NCBI GenBank assembly: GCA_964563925.1
Contig: CAZLZD010000021.1
Location: 4,848-68,847, forward strand
Length of the DNA stretch: 64,000 nucleotides
Reading direction: 5' to 3'
Source of the DNA: an uncultured Roseivirgaceae bacterium
GTDB taxonomy: Bacteria; Bacteroidota; Bacteroidia; Cytophagales; Cyclobacteriaceae
Shown: positions 28,220-37,313 of the stretch, one piece after another
Numbering within the stretch: position 1 is the stretch's first letter
How the letters are laid out: each line of letters opens with the position of its first letter
Notes under the pieces: model-generated
Databases searched by the model: none
Told to the model about the DNA's origin: nothing
The model's input: the letters and a program-made list of their open reading frames with translations, nothing else
Position numbers and translations under genes: made by a program

Positions 28220-29247
28220 GGTAGTGTATTTCTCGTGATAATTAATTCGTCCTGGTCGTAGTGCATCCGGCGTGTTCTGCCCGGGGGTATGCACGGGGCC
28301 TTCACCCCTTCCCCGAACAGCACTTCACTTTCAAAAACCCGGGTTTCATCCCAAAGGTTCTCCGTAATCAGCATTTTGTGGATGCCCGAACCGCCTTCCA
28401 CGAACACAGATTGCACACCCCGGCGATACAAATCTGCTAAAACTTCGCGAATAAAAACTTCTCCGCTGATTTGAATGTGGGTACAGTTCCTCACCCCCGC
28501 ATCAGGCAGCCTGGAATAGTAAAGAGTGGGATGCCCATCACTGAATACCCGCAAATCTACCGGTAGCCGGCCCGACCGGTCGAGGACCACCCGCAACGGA
28601 TTGCGTCCCGGCCAGTCCCTCACCGTAAGAGACGGGTTGTCATGCAGGGCGGTATCCGGACCTACCAGGATGGCATCTTCCTCGGAACGCCATTTGTGAA
28701 CCAGGGCACGGGCAGATTCCCCGCTGATCCATTTTGACGAGAAATCGGCTCGCGCCGTAAATCCGTCACGGGTCTGTGCCCACTTCAGGATCAGGTAGGG
28801 CCTGTGTGTAAGAGTAGCGCAGAAAAATCGACGGTTAATCTCGATACAGGATTCACCGAGTATCCCGGTCTTAACTTCTATGGAGGCATTTTTAAGCCGC
28901 TCAATTCCTGCCCCTGCCACCTTCGGGTTAGGATCCTGCACGCCGATCACAACACGACCAACCTTTTTCTCAACCAGCAGGTCGGCGCAAGGCGGCGTCT
29001 TGCCGAAATGGGAACAGGGCTCAAGTGTCACGTACACGGTGGATCCGGCCAGCAATGCATCATCTTTAACCGAACGAATGGCGTTGACTTCTGCGTGCGG
29101 TCCGCCGTATTCCTGGTGCCAACCCTCCCCGATGACCTGTTCTCCCGCGACGATTACGGCCCCTACCAGCGGATTGGGACTTACAGCGCCGGCTCCCCGT
29201 ATGGCAAGATCCAGTGCCCGCTGCATATACAGTTCATCTTTATTCAT
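28198..29247 (-). CDS. ribD: Bifunctional diaminohydroxyphosphoribosylaminopyrimidine deaminase / 5-amino-6-(5-phosphoribosylamino)uracil reductase
   Basis: 349 aa with deaminase zinc motifs HAEVNA and LEPCSHFGKTPPC, followed by a reductase domain. Confidence 0.95.
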   Translation of the reverse strand: MNKDELYMQRALDLAIRGAGAVSPNPLVGAVIVAGEQVIGEGWHQEYGGPHAEVNAIRSVKDDALLAGSTVYVTLEPCSHFGKTPPCADLLVEKKVGRVVIGVQDPNPKVAGAGIERLKNASIEVKTGILGESCIEINRRFFCATLTHRPYLILKWAQTRDGFTARADFSSKWISGESARALVHKWRSEEDAILVGPDTALHDNPSLTVRDWPGRNPLRVVLDRSGRLPVDLRVFSDGHPTLYYSRLPDAGVRNCTHIQISGEVFIREVLADLYRRGVQSVFVEGGSGIHKMLITENLWDETRVFESEVLFGEGVKAPCIPPGRTRRMHYDQDELIITRNTLPWQKHYS

Positions 29248-29303
29248 TACATTTAGCCTTGCTCTGCAATGATAGAAAAACAGGGCATGATTAAAAAGGA
29301 CTC

Positions 29304-30164
29304 ATGAACGACATTCCGGAATCATCTAAGAAGTTGCTCCATTTTATAAAGGACAACCTGGACGTAATCTCCAGTCCGGGAGAGGTGGAATCAATCGCAA
29401 TGCTGATCATGGAGCACTTGTTTGGTATTGATCAGACGGATGTGATAATGGACCGGTCGCTGAAGATTAACGGGGATATGCGTAAAAAAATCAGGCTATA
29501 CATTGACCGTTTAAATGAATATGAGCCTATCCAGTATATCCTCGGAGAAGCACACTTCTACGGGAGAAAATTCCTTGTAAACCAAAATGTACTGATTCCC
29601 AGGGGTGAAACGGAAGAACTTGTCGAACTAATACTGGATGATTACAAGGGAAAGCGGTTCAGATTAATTGATATCGGTACGGGAAGCGGCTGCATTCCTG
29701 TTACCATCGCATCTGAACGCAAAGAGGCAAAATGCTTTGCCATGGACATTGATCCCAGGGCGATTAAACTAGCCCGCAGAAACGCAGATCTGCACCAGGT
29801 AAAAATCGAATTTCTGCTGATGGATATTCTGAAGGAGCCGATTCCCGTCGAGCAGCTTGACATTGTGGTCAGTAATCCCCCCTATATCCCTGAGCGTGAT
29901 AAGAAATTTATGGAAAAAAACGTCTTGCTCTATGAACCCGGTAAGGCTCTGTTTGTGGGGGATGAAGACCCAACGCTCTTTTACACGCGTATTGCCGAGG
30001 TGGCCCTTCCGGTCCTCAAATCCTCCGGAAGGATTTACTTTGAAATTCATGAGGAGCAAGGGGAGAATGTGAGTAACATTCTGGATAAGGCTGGTTTTAC
30101 CGATGTGGAAATTTTTAAAGACCTGCACGGGAAGCCCCGCATGGCCCGTGCCGTCAAAAAATAA
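29304..30164 (+). CDS. prmC: Peptide chain release factor N5-glutamine methyltransferase
   Basis: 286 aa with the SAM motif DIGTGSG and the catalytic motif VSNPPY. Confidence 0.93.
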   Translation: MNDIPESSKKLLHFIKDNLDVISSPGEVESIAMLIMEHLFGIDQTDVIMDRSLKINGDMRKKIRLYIDRLNEYEPIQYILGEAHFYGRKFLVNQNVLIPRGETEELVELILDDYKGKRFRLIDIGTGSGCIPVTIASERKEAKCFAMDIDPRAIKLARRNADLHQVKIEFLLMDILKEPIPVEQLDIVVSNPPYIPERDKKFMEKNVLLYEPGKALFVGDEDPTLFYTRIAEVALPVLKSSGRIYFEIHEEQGENVSNILDKAGFTDVEIFKDLHGKPRMARAVKK

Positions 30165-30741
30165 GCTTCTCGCCTATCCAGGTATCTTTTAGTCCGCTTA
30201 CCTCAATAATTCCGTCCCGGGTTGCCCTGAGCCCGGAAGAAGTCCTGGAAAATGCACCCTCTATAACTGCTTCATTTCCGTCAATGATTATCTCATGTGT
30301 TTCACCCATCCACTTCCGCCATCGCCCTGACCTGTGCCACGTCCATTTGTAACGGGGGGAGAACAGGGCAAGCTGATCAAGTGGCTCGAAAATGCTGAGG
30401 TCCGGCTCCGTACCACAAACCACATGCAGGAAATCCGCGCCTGACTCCTGTATTACTGATCGTAGAACTTCTGAGATATCCCTTTCATCCGGGACCGCCA
30501 GGGCCTTTACCGGATAATTAGCATCAAATACGTACTTCCAATGAGCCGGCGAAGAATCCAGGCATAGTATATAATCTGCCTTGAAACCTTGCTGTATCAG
30601 CTCGGGTACGGACCGGTCTGCACAGATTGTTACCGGCGACCATTCCAGTAAATCCGGAAGCAGCGGGTGCAGTGGTGCCTTTGCATCCGCCAGGTAGACG
30701 GGGGGTTCCTGGCCGTCACGTATGACATGGTGGGATGACAT
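30154..30741 (-). CDS. Hypothetical protein, possibly a degenerate thiamine pyrophosphokinase-like fold
   Basis: 195 aa. There is only loose pattern similarity to TPK (ICADRSVPELIQQGFKADYILCLDSS where TPK has ..D.G...L...G..PD..GDFDS). The start overlaps the upstream gene's stop by 1 nt. Confidence 0.35.
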   Translation of the reverse strand: MSSHHVIRDGQEPPVYLADAKAPLHPLLPDLLEWSPVTICADRSVPELIQQGFKADYILCLDSSPAHWKYVFDANYPVKALAVPDERDISEVLRSVIQESGADFLHVVCGTEPDLSIFEPLDQLALFSPRYKWTWHRSGRWRKWMGETHEIIIDGNEAVIEGAFSRTSSGLRATRDGIIEVSGLKDTWIGEKLIF

Positions 30742-31532
30742 TACTCCTCGTTATAGGTATCCGCGATATGCCTTGATATTTTCCTGTAGAGCTCCTGCAA
30801 TTCTTCATTCTCCTTCAAAAGTTCAAGATGCCGGTCTAAGGTACGGTAATCACGGCGCCTCGCCGGACCGGTCTGGGCTTTTTCCGGTCCGATGTTCATG
30901 AGCTTATTTACCGTTTCGGACAGCAACGGGTACAGTAAATCAGGGGGGAAATGATGGGCCTCCAGAATATCGGAGGATATTTTCATCATATGGTTCGTGA
31001 AGTTGTTGGCAAAAACTGCAGAGAGATGAAGGACTTTACGGTTTTCCGTATTCATCTCCACCACCCTTCCCGACAGGCTGCCGGCCATGGTCATTAGCGT
31101 ATCCCGGGCAGGATCGGTGCTGGCCTCAATACAGAAGGGCACCGACTCAATGTCTATTGTCCTGGCCCTTGTAAAGGTTTGCAAGGGATAAAAAACACCA
31201 TAATGGTCTGTGGCGGCAAAGGCAAGGACATCCATTGATATCGCCCCGGAAGTATGGACCAGAATGGCTTCGTCGGGAAGTACAATTTCCTGCGCAATCC
31301 TTTCTATTGCATTATCAGAAACTGCCAGAATGAAAACTTTGGAGGGACTTTCAGAAAAATCAAGGCTGTCGGCGGAGTTGGCTGCATAGAGCCGCCTGAT
31401 CAGCTGGGATGCATCACCCTTGTCCCGTGAATATATTTCTTTAACCGGATATCCTGCATTTTCCAGGGCCGGACCCAGATGCCAGGCGACATTTCCGGCT
31501 CCGATAATGGTCACGGGCAATGAAACTTCCAT
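30741..31532 (-). CDS. Rossmann-fold plus DUF2520 domain protein
   Basis: 263 aa with an N-terminal IIGAGNVAWHLG dinucleotide-binding motif and a C-terminal helical DUF2520-like part (QTGPARRRD). Confidence 0.75.
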   Translation of the reverse strand: MEVSLPVTIIGAGNVAWHLGPALENAGYPVKEIYSRDKGDASQLIRRLYAANSADSLDFSESPSKVFILAVSDNAIERIAQEIVLPDEAILVHTSGAISMDVLAFAATDHYGVFYPLQTFTRARTIDIESVPFCIEASTDPARDTLMTMAGSLSGRVVEMNTENRKVLHLSAVFANNFTNHMMKISSDILEAHHFPPDLLYPLLSETVNKLMNIGPEKAQTGPARRRDYRTLDRHLELLKENEELQELYRKISRHIADTYNEE

Positions 31533-31571
31533 AGCCTGAAACTACGACGAATTTTTTTTAGCTTCAAGGAC

Positions 31572-34121
31572 TTATTCCATCCCTTTCTTCCGCATCTTTT
31601 TAAATTCATCGTAGCGCCGTACCGTGGCTATGATGAATCCTGCCATCAGCACCAGGGTGCCCATCCACAATACATTGATCAGGGGTTTCTCCATGGCCTT
31701 CAGGATTATCCAGTCTTTCTGGCGTGTATTGGCTGTAATCGTGAACCGTTCATTTTCAGGGTCAATCTCCCTGAGGCCAAAACGTATCCCCAGTCCGGGT
31801 ACCTCATCGTAAAGCAGGCGCGCATAGTGATTAAAGGTCATCTGCTTCATATTGAGCACAAAAACCGGTTCGGCCAGGTAGGTATCCTTTTCCCCCTGGA
31901 CCTCAATGAGTGCCTTGACTGCCACTTCATCAGGGCCCATCGTGATACCTTTGACTTTATCTATGGGCTTGATCTCAAGTATCCGGCTCACGTAGTCATT
32001 GACATAGAAAATTTCTCCCACACCTACCTTGAATTCCTCGGGCTCACTCCATTCGACTTCTTCTTTATCCATTCGCAGGACCACATGGGCATACAAATCC
32101 TTTCCGAGATCCCTTTTAATAGCCGGCGAAGGTGCCAGTCCCATTTGCGGATTATCCTGGATACGAGGATACAAGGTATACACCTTTCCCCGGCCATCCC
32201 GCAATTCCACCTCGTAGTAAATATTCTCGGGGTGTACCCGAATGACCTTCCCTGCTTTATGGATAAGCTCGTCCTCAAAATAAATATCCTCAGAGGCCAC
32301 CACGCTGAAATCGTTGATGCGGTCCACTTTTGCTACCGGAATATAGCCTTTCCCCTCCTCGGGCTCCAGCTGTTCACCTTTATACTCTATCTCATAGTTG
32401 TTCATGGTACGGGTCTCGTTCAAAAACAACAGCAGATTCTCCCGGTTAAACTCATCGCTCATCTCCCTGGAAATCAGCAACCCTGAATTGTTAAGCGAAA
32501 CCACTTTGGAATAACCTGATGAAAAGAGGATCCCGATAAGCACCAGTCCGACCCCGATATGTGTAATCGCCCCGCCTGAAAGTTTCGGACTGCTTTTCCA
32601 CACCGACCAGAGAATTTTGCCATTTGCCACTACAGTGAAAACTGAAGCCAGCAGCAGCAGGATATAGGTGATTTTATCAATCCCACCGATGGCAATTATA
32701 AGCGTTGTTACAATCAGGGTGATAATGACCGGCACCATGAGTTCCTGCCATAACTGCCCCTTTTTCATCTTTTTCCACCAGAAAAACTGGCCGATGCCGG
32801 ACAGGATCGCCACCCCTGCAGCGAACCATAGCTGGGCACTGGAATATTCTTCCGGATCAAGGGGCGCAAGGTTTGAAACTCCTCCAAACAGCTCCACGAT
32901 CTTGTTGATAACCGGGAATGATGTGGAGAATATCACCTGGAAGCCCATAAGGCACAGCAGAAGGGCCCCGATAAAAAGCCAGAACTCACGCGAATAGGTG
33001 GATGCTTCCTTTTCGGTGGACGGGAGCTTGTTCCAGCGCACCACCATAAGGATAAGGGAAATCACTACGAAAAACAGGAGATACGCAAGAAGCTGCCCGG
33101 ACAATCCCAGGTCGGTAAACGAATGGACGGAGGCTTCCCCAAGGATCCCGCTCCTGGTCAGGAAGGTGGAATAAAGGATCAGCAGATACATCAGCACCAC
33201 CAGGATCACCGAGGCCTTCAATGCCGTATTGCTTTTTTTAAACGCGACCATCGTATGGATCGAGGCAATCAGGAATAGCCACGGAACATAGACTGCATTT
33301 TCTACCGGGTCCCAGTTCCAGTAGCCGCCGAAATTGAGCGTCTCGTAAGCCCAGTATCCTCCCATCAGGATCCCCAGGCCAAGAACTGCCGCCCCAACCA
33401 GGGCCCAGGGCAGGGCCGGACGCACCCATTCGCGGTATTTACGCTGCCAAAGACCAGCCAGTGCATAGGCAAACGGCACCACGGTAAGGGCGAAACCCAG
33501 AAACAGGGTGGGTGGGTGGATCACCATCCAGTAATTTTGTAGTAGCGGGTTAAGCCCGGTGCCGTCTTCCGGAATAAAATCAGGCTGCTGCTGGAATATC
33601 GGCGCCTCAATGGCATCACGCAGCAGGATAAACGGTGAACTGCCTATTTTCCAGGTAGCTCCTATAACCACGCCCAGGACCATCGAGGTGAGGAAAAGCT
33701 GGACTGTGGAGAAAATGGCCATAACAGAAGCCTCCCAGAACCGGTTGGTGGCAATCAGGATGATCCCCAGGATCGCATGCCAGAACATCCATAACAGGAA
33801 GCTTCCTTCCTGTCCTTCCCAGAATGAGGAGATCATGTAATACACCGGGAGCCTGGTGGATGAATGGCTCCAGGCATAATGATACTCAAACAGGTGGTTA
33901 TAAATAATGTAAAAAAGTGTTCCGACGATTCCGAACACGGCTCCTGCATGCACATAAAAAGCAATTCGGCCATTCACAAGCCATCCCTGCTTCCTGGTCA
34001 GGTCGGCCTGCACGGCTGATGTATAAAAAGAAAAAGCTGCAACAAGTGCAGCGACGAATGAGATAATGACGAACATGTGCCCGACATTGCCTGCAGTAGT
34101 ATTGATCATTTCTTCTCCCAT
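31572..34121 (-). CDS. ccmF: Cytochrome c-type biogenesis heme lyase subunit CcmF (long form)
   Basis: 849 aa, polytopic, with the tryptophan-rich motif GGYWNWDPVENA. It carries a large soluble segment before the last TM helix and sits directly downstream of ccmE. Confidence 0.88.
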   Translation of the reverse strand: MGEEMINTTAGNVGHMFVIISFVAALVAAFSFYTSAVQADLTRKQGWLVNGRIAFYVHAGAVFGIVGTLFYIIYNHLFEYHYAWSHSSTRLPVYYMISSFWEGQEGSFLLWMFWHAILGIILIATNRFWEASVMAIFSTVQLFLTSMVLGVVIGATWKIGSSPFILLRDAIEAPIFQQQPDFIPEDGTGLNPLLQNYWMVIHPPTLFLGFALTVVPFAYALAGLWQRKYREWVRPALPWALVGAAVLGLGILMGGYWAYETLNFGGYWNWDPVENAVYVPWLFLIASIHTMVAFKKSNTALKASVILVVLMYLLILYSTFLTRSGILGEASVHSFTDLGLSGQLLAYLLFFVVISLILMVVRWNKLPSTEKEASTYSREFWLFIGALLLCLMGFQVIFSTSFPVINKIVELFGGVSNLAPLDPEEYSSAQLWFAAGVAILSGIGQFFWWKKMKKGQLWQELMVPVIITLIVTTLIIAIGGIDKITYILLLLASVFTVVANGKILWSVWKSSPKLSGGAITHIGVGLVLIGILFSSGYSKVVSLNNSGLLISREMSDEFNRENLLLFLNETRTMNNYEIEYKGEQLEPEEGKGYIPVAKVDRINDFSVVASEDIYFEDELIHKAGKVIRVHPENIYYEVELRDGRGKVYTLYPRIQDNPQMGLAPSPAIKRDLGKDLYAHVVLRMDKEEVEWSEPEEFKVGVGEIFYVNDYVSRILEIKPIDKVKGITMGPDEVAVKALIEVQGEKDTYLAEPVFVLNMKQMTFNHYARLLYDEVPGLGIRFGLREIDPENERFTITANTRQKDWIILKAMEKPLINVLWMGTLVLMAGFIIATVRRYDEFKKMRKKGME

Positions 34122-34127
34122 TCTCCT

Positions 34128-34538
34128 TTACAGGGCCGCTTCGACCGTCTCTTCCTGGTACTTGGAAGGGCACTTCATTAAAATCTTATCTGCCACAAAC
34201 ATGTCCTCGGCATACTTGCCGATTACCACGACCTGCTCAGACCGAAGAAAATCAGCAGGCATAGGCTCGTTGTAATAAACAGTTTGTTCTGTACCATTCT
34301 CATCCACCATCACAAAGGTAAAGGATAACTTATCCATGGAAGGGGTGATCCCGGTTACCTCACCGTCATTACTTTTCTTCAACTCGCCCACTACATGCAC
34401 GGCGGCGTCATTGCCGACGGTAGCCATTTCCTTCGCTTCATTAAATGATAAATAGGCGCCCGCATCTCCGGTCGTGGAGATAATAATGGCTACTGCCACT
34501 GCAATAACCCCGATCGCTATGATATGTGATTTTTTCAT
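34128..34538 (-). CDS. ccmE: Cytochrome c maturation heme chaperone CcmE, CxxxY variant
   Basis: 136 aa with an N-terminal TM anchor, an OB-fold-sized body and C-terminal KCPSKY at the position of the canonical HxxxY heme-binding motif. Confidence 0.85.
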   Translation of the reverse strand: MKKSHIIAIGVIAVAVAIIISTTGDAGAYLSFNEAKEMATVGNDAAVHVVGELKKSNDGEVTGITPSMDKLSFTFVMVDENGTEQTVYYNEPMPADFLRSEQVVVIGKYAEDMFVADKILMKCPSKYQEETVEAAL

Positions 34539-34597
34539 GAACCTTTCTTGCTCAATATCCGACTCGTAATGGTTACAAATTTACACGCAAAATGGTT

Positions 34598-34855
34598 CTA
34601 TTCAGCAGGATTATCCCATTGTTTTTCCATCCTGGTAATCTTCCTGTCCAGGAGGTAGAGGTACAGGAACAATCCGGCAAGCAGCACCAGGATCACCGCC
34701 ACCACTACGTAGATCTTCCCGTCGGCCCGAAAGGCATCGGCCATTTCCACCGAGGAATTGGCATAATCAGATGCACTAATCTCCTGCTTTTCCTGGGAGA
34801 GGGCGGGAAATGAACCGGCCATCAGTCCGAATAGTATCAGAATCACTTGTTTCAT
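34598..34855 (-). CDS. CcmD-like small membrane protein (alternative CcmD family)
   Basis: 85 aa with a signal-like N-terminus and one C-terminal TM helix (VVVAVILVLLAGLFLYLYLL). It sits between ccmC and ccmE with a 4-nt overlap to ccmC. Confidence 0.6.
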   Translation of the reverse strand: MKQVILILFGLMAGSFPALSQEKQEISASDYANSSVEMADAFRADGKIYVVVAVILVLLAGLFLYLYLLDRKITRMEKQWDNPAE

Positions 34856-35541
34856 TTGGTCGTCATCTTATGTGAAAGCCTGCGAATGCGGTACCGCAGC
34901 GAAGTAACCCAAACACCAAGGAGCGTCCACCCAATCACTGCCGGGTAAAATACCGTACGAAGGCGGCTGTCAAGGTCATATGCGTTGAATCCCGGATTTC
35001 CGCCGTTCCCAGGATGCAGGGAATCGGTCAGGCGCGGGAGAATAAACAGCAGGGGAATCAGGGCCGCGAAGGCAAATATATTGTATACCGCACTGATCCG
35101 ACCGCGCTGCTCCGGATTCTCAAAAGAGCCGCGCAGCACAAAGTAGGCGAGGTAGATCATCAGGGCGATGGCCGACGCATTCTGCTTGGGATCACCGCTC
35201 CACCAGGCACCCCAGGTAAACTGGGCCCATACCATCCCTGAAGCCAGTCCGAGTAACCCCATGACAATACCTACATTGGCAAACTCCACGGCCATATCAT
35301 CATGCTTTTCCCGTCCGTTCCTCAGGTACATAATGGAATATGCCACCGAAACGGTAAACAGAATGATCATCCCGAACCACATAGGTACATGAAAATGCAA
35401 TACCCGAATGGTCTCGTTGAGGATATTGAGCCTGGGAGCTTCCATCAGCAACCCGGCCGTAACCACGTAAACCAGCAGTATGACCGTCAGTATTTTCCAC
35501 CATGATCGTTTCATAATCCCATCGCTGCTTATGCGCGCCAA
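34852..35541 (-). CDS. ccmC: Heme exporter / heme-handling protein CcmC
   Basis: 229 aa, polytopic, with the tryptophan-rich motif WGAWWSGDPKQN. It overlaps ccmB by 13 nt. Confidence 0.85.
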   Translation of the reverse strand: MARISSDGIMKRSWWKILTVILLVYVVTAGLLMEAPRLNILNETIRVLHFHVPMWFGMIILFTVSVAYSIMYLRNGREKHDDMAVEFANVGIVMGLLGLASGMVWAQFTWGAWWSGDPKQNASAIALMIYLAYFVLRGSFENPEQRGRISAVYNIFAFAALIPLLFILPRLTDSLHPGNGGNPGFNAYDLDSRLRTVFYPAVIGWTLLGVWVTSLRYRIRRLSHKMTTK

Positions 35542-36206
35542 AGATACGGGAATAACAGAAAAGAAACTGCGCCGACCAGCACATTAATAGCGCAGAGGAC
35601 CAGCAGTTCCTCCAGGCTGGCATCCAGGGACAGACCGTCCATGGCATTTTTCGCAATCCGGATTACCATTAGCAATACCGGCAGAATAATGGGAAAACCC
35701 AGGACCGCCATCAGGGTCTGGTTGTTCCCGGCCCTGGCTGCTATGGCCGAGATCATCGTAAACGTGGCGGAAAAACCGATGCTTGCCAGCAGGATGGTGA
35801 GCATAAATAACCAGGTGTCAGCAACCGGATTGCCCAGAACCAGGGTGTAAATCCCGAAACCGATCAGGGCCAGCACGATCAGCAGCAGGGCGTTGTAACC
35901 CATTCGCGCCAGGATCAGCTCCTGCGGACTGAACAACGAGTAGTAGTACAACTGCCTGCCTTCGCGCTCCTGGATGAAGCTCTTGGCTACCGCATTGGCC
36001 GAGGCAAAAAGCAGAATGATCCAGTAGAGCGCGTTCCAGGTGAGGGGATTCAGCTGATTAACACGTACATTAAAACTGAGGTAGCAGATAAATATGGTGC
36101 TGATCAGGTACAGCAAAAGCCCGTTCACGGCAGCACGCTGACGCCACTCCACCGTGACTTCCTTGCGGATTATTTGAAGGATATGCCGGAAAGATAGACC
36201 GCCCAT
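35529..36206 (-). CDS. ccmB: Heme exporter permease CcmB
   Basis: 225 aa with six hydrophobic helices. It is the first gene of the ccm cluster, and its size and pattern fit CcmB. Confidence 0.8.
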   Translation of the reverse strand: MGGLSFRHILQIIRKEVTVEWRQRAAVNGLLLYLISTIFICYLSFNVRVNQLNPLTWNALYWIILLFASANAVAKSFIQEREGRQLYYYSLFSPQELILARMGYNALLLIVLALIGFGIYTLVLGNPVADTWLFMLTILLASIGFSATFTMISAIAARAGNNQTLMAVLGFPIILPVLLMVIRIAKNAMDGLSLDASLEELLVLCAINVLVGAVSFLLFPYLWRA

Positions 36207-36258
36207 TCGTTACAATATTAATTATAATTGAGGATTTATGTTCCTTTGGTAATATTAT

Positions 36259-36266
36259 TACCTTTG
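36259..36266 (+). promoter_or_regulatory. -7 promoter box TACCTTTG for the nucleotide-sugar gene cluster
   Basis: Exact TAnnTTTG, 26 nt upstream of ATG 36292. Confidence 0.5.
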
Positions 36267-36291
36267 TGTGGTCATAAAAAACGCGAATTGC

Positions 36292-37308
36292 ATGGCTGAA
36301 AAACGGGTACTCGTTACCGGTGCCGCAGGCTTCATCGGATTTCATTTATCAAAAAGGCTTTGTGCCGCAGGTTACGAGGTTACAGGAATTGACAGCATCA
36401 ATGACTACTACGATGTCCGGCTTAAACATGACCGTCTTGCGGTCCTTAAAGACCATCCTTCCTTTACCTTTCACAAAATGGCACTGGAAGACAAAGCCGG
36501 CATTGATTCACTCTTTGGAGAATCTGGTTTTGATTACGTGGTAAACCTGGCCGCTCAGGCAGGGGTTAGGTATTCCCTGACCAATCCGTATGCGTACATA
36601 GACAGTAATATTCATGGGTTTCTGAATATCCTGGAAGCCTGCCGCCATCATGCCATCAAACACCTGGTATATGCCAGTTCGAGCAGCGTATACGGGGCAA
36701 ATACCGCCATGCCCTTTTCGGTGCACGACAATGTGGATCACCCCTTGTCCCTGTATGCAGCTACCAAGAAGTCGAATGAACTGATGGCGCATACCTACTC
36801 CAACCTGTATGACCTGCCTACCACCGGGCTCCGGTTTTTTACGGTATACGGACCGTTTGGGCGTCCGGACATGGCATTGTTCCTGTTCACAAAGGCGATC
36901 CTGGAAAACAAGCCGATTGATGTGTATAACCACGGGAAAATGAAGCGCGACTTCACCTATATCGATGACATCGTTACTGGGATTGAGCGACTGATCCCGG
37001 CTATCCCTTCCGGTAATCCCGAATGGTCGGGCGATTCACCTGACCCGGGTACGAGTTTCGCCCCGTACAGGATCTTTAATATCGGCAATAACAGCCCCGT
37101 GCAGCTGATGGAATTCATAGAAGCGATAGAAGAGGCACTCGGACAAGAGGCCGTAAAAAATTACATGCCGCTTCAGCCGGGCGATGTACCTGCCACCTAT
37201 GCCGACGTACAGGACCTGATGGATGTGGTCGATTTTAAACCGGCTACCTCAATACGTGAAGGAGTAGGCAAATTCATTGACTGGTACAGGGATTATTATA
37301 AGAAATAA
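36292..37308 (+). CDS. NAD-dependent nucleotide-sugar epimerase (UDP-glucuronate / UDP-GlcNAcA 4-epimerase type)
   Basis: The start is ATG 36292 ([16 protein letters not shown]). It has the SDR catalytic YAATK and is 338 aa. Confidence 0.88.
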   Translation: MAEKRVLVTGAAGFIGFHLSKRLCAAGYEVTGIDSINDYYDVRLKHDRLAVLKDHPSFTFHKMALEDKAGIDSLFGESGFDYVVNLAAQAGVRYSLTNPYAYIDSNIHGFLNILEACRHHAIKHLVYASSSSVYGANTAMPFSVHDNVDHPLSLYAATKKSNELMAHTYSNLYDLPTTGLRFFTVYGPFGRPDMALFLFTKAILENKPIDVYNHGKMKRDFTYIDDIVTGIERLIPAIPSGNPEWSGDSPDPGTSFAPYRIFNIGNNSPVQLMEFIEAIEEALGQEAVKNYMPLQPGDVPATYADVQDLMDVVDFKPATSIREGVGKFIDWYRDYYKK

Positions 37309-37313
37309 GACGA

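Noticed and set aside
29248-29303. An FMN riboswitch upstream of ribD. Similarly, a glmS ribozyme upstream of glmS (8495-8500) and an S-box or other leader upstream of cysC (43328-43417).
   Set aside because: The leaders are 56, 6 and 90 nt (the last shared with divergent cysQ). These are too short or lack any extended pairing. Only simple promoter boxes are visible.
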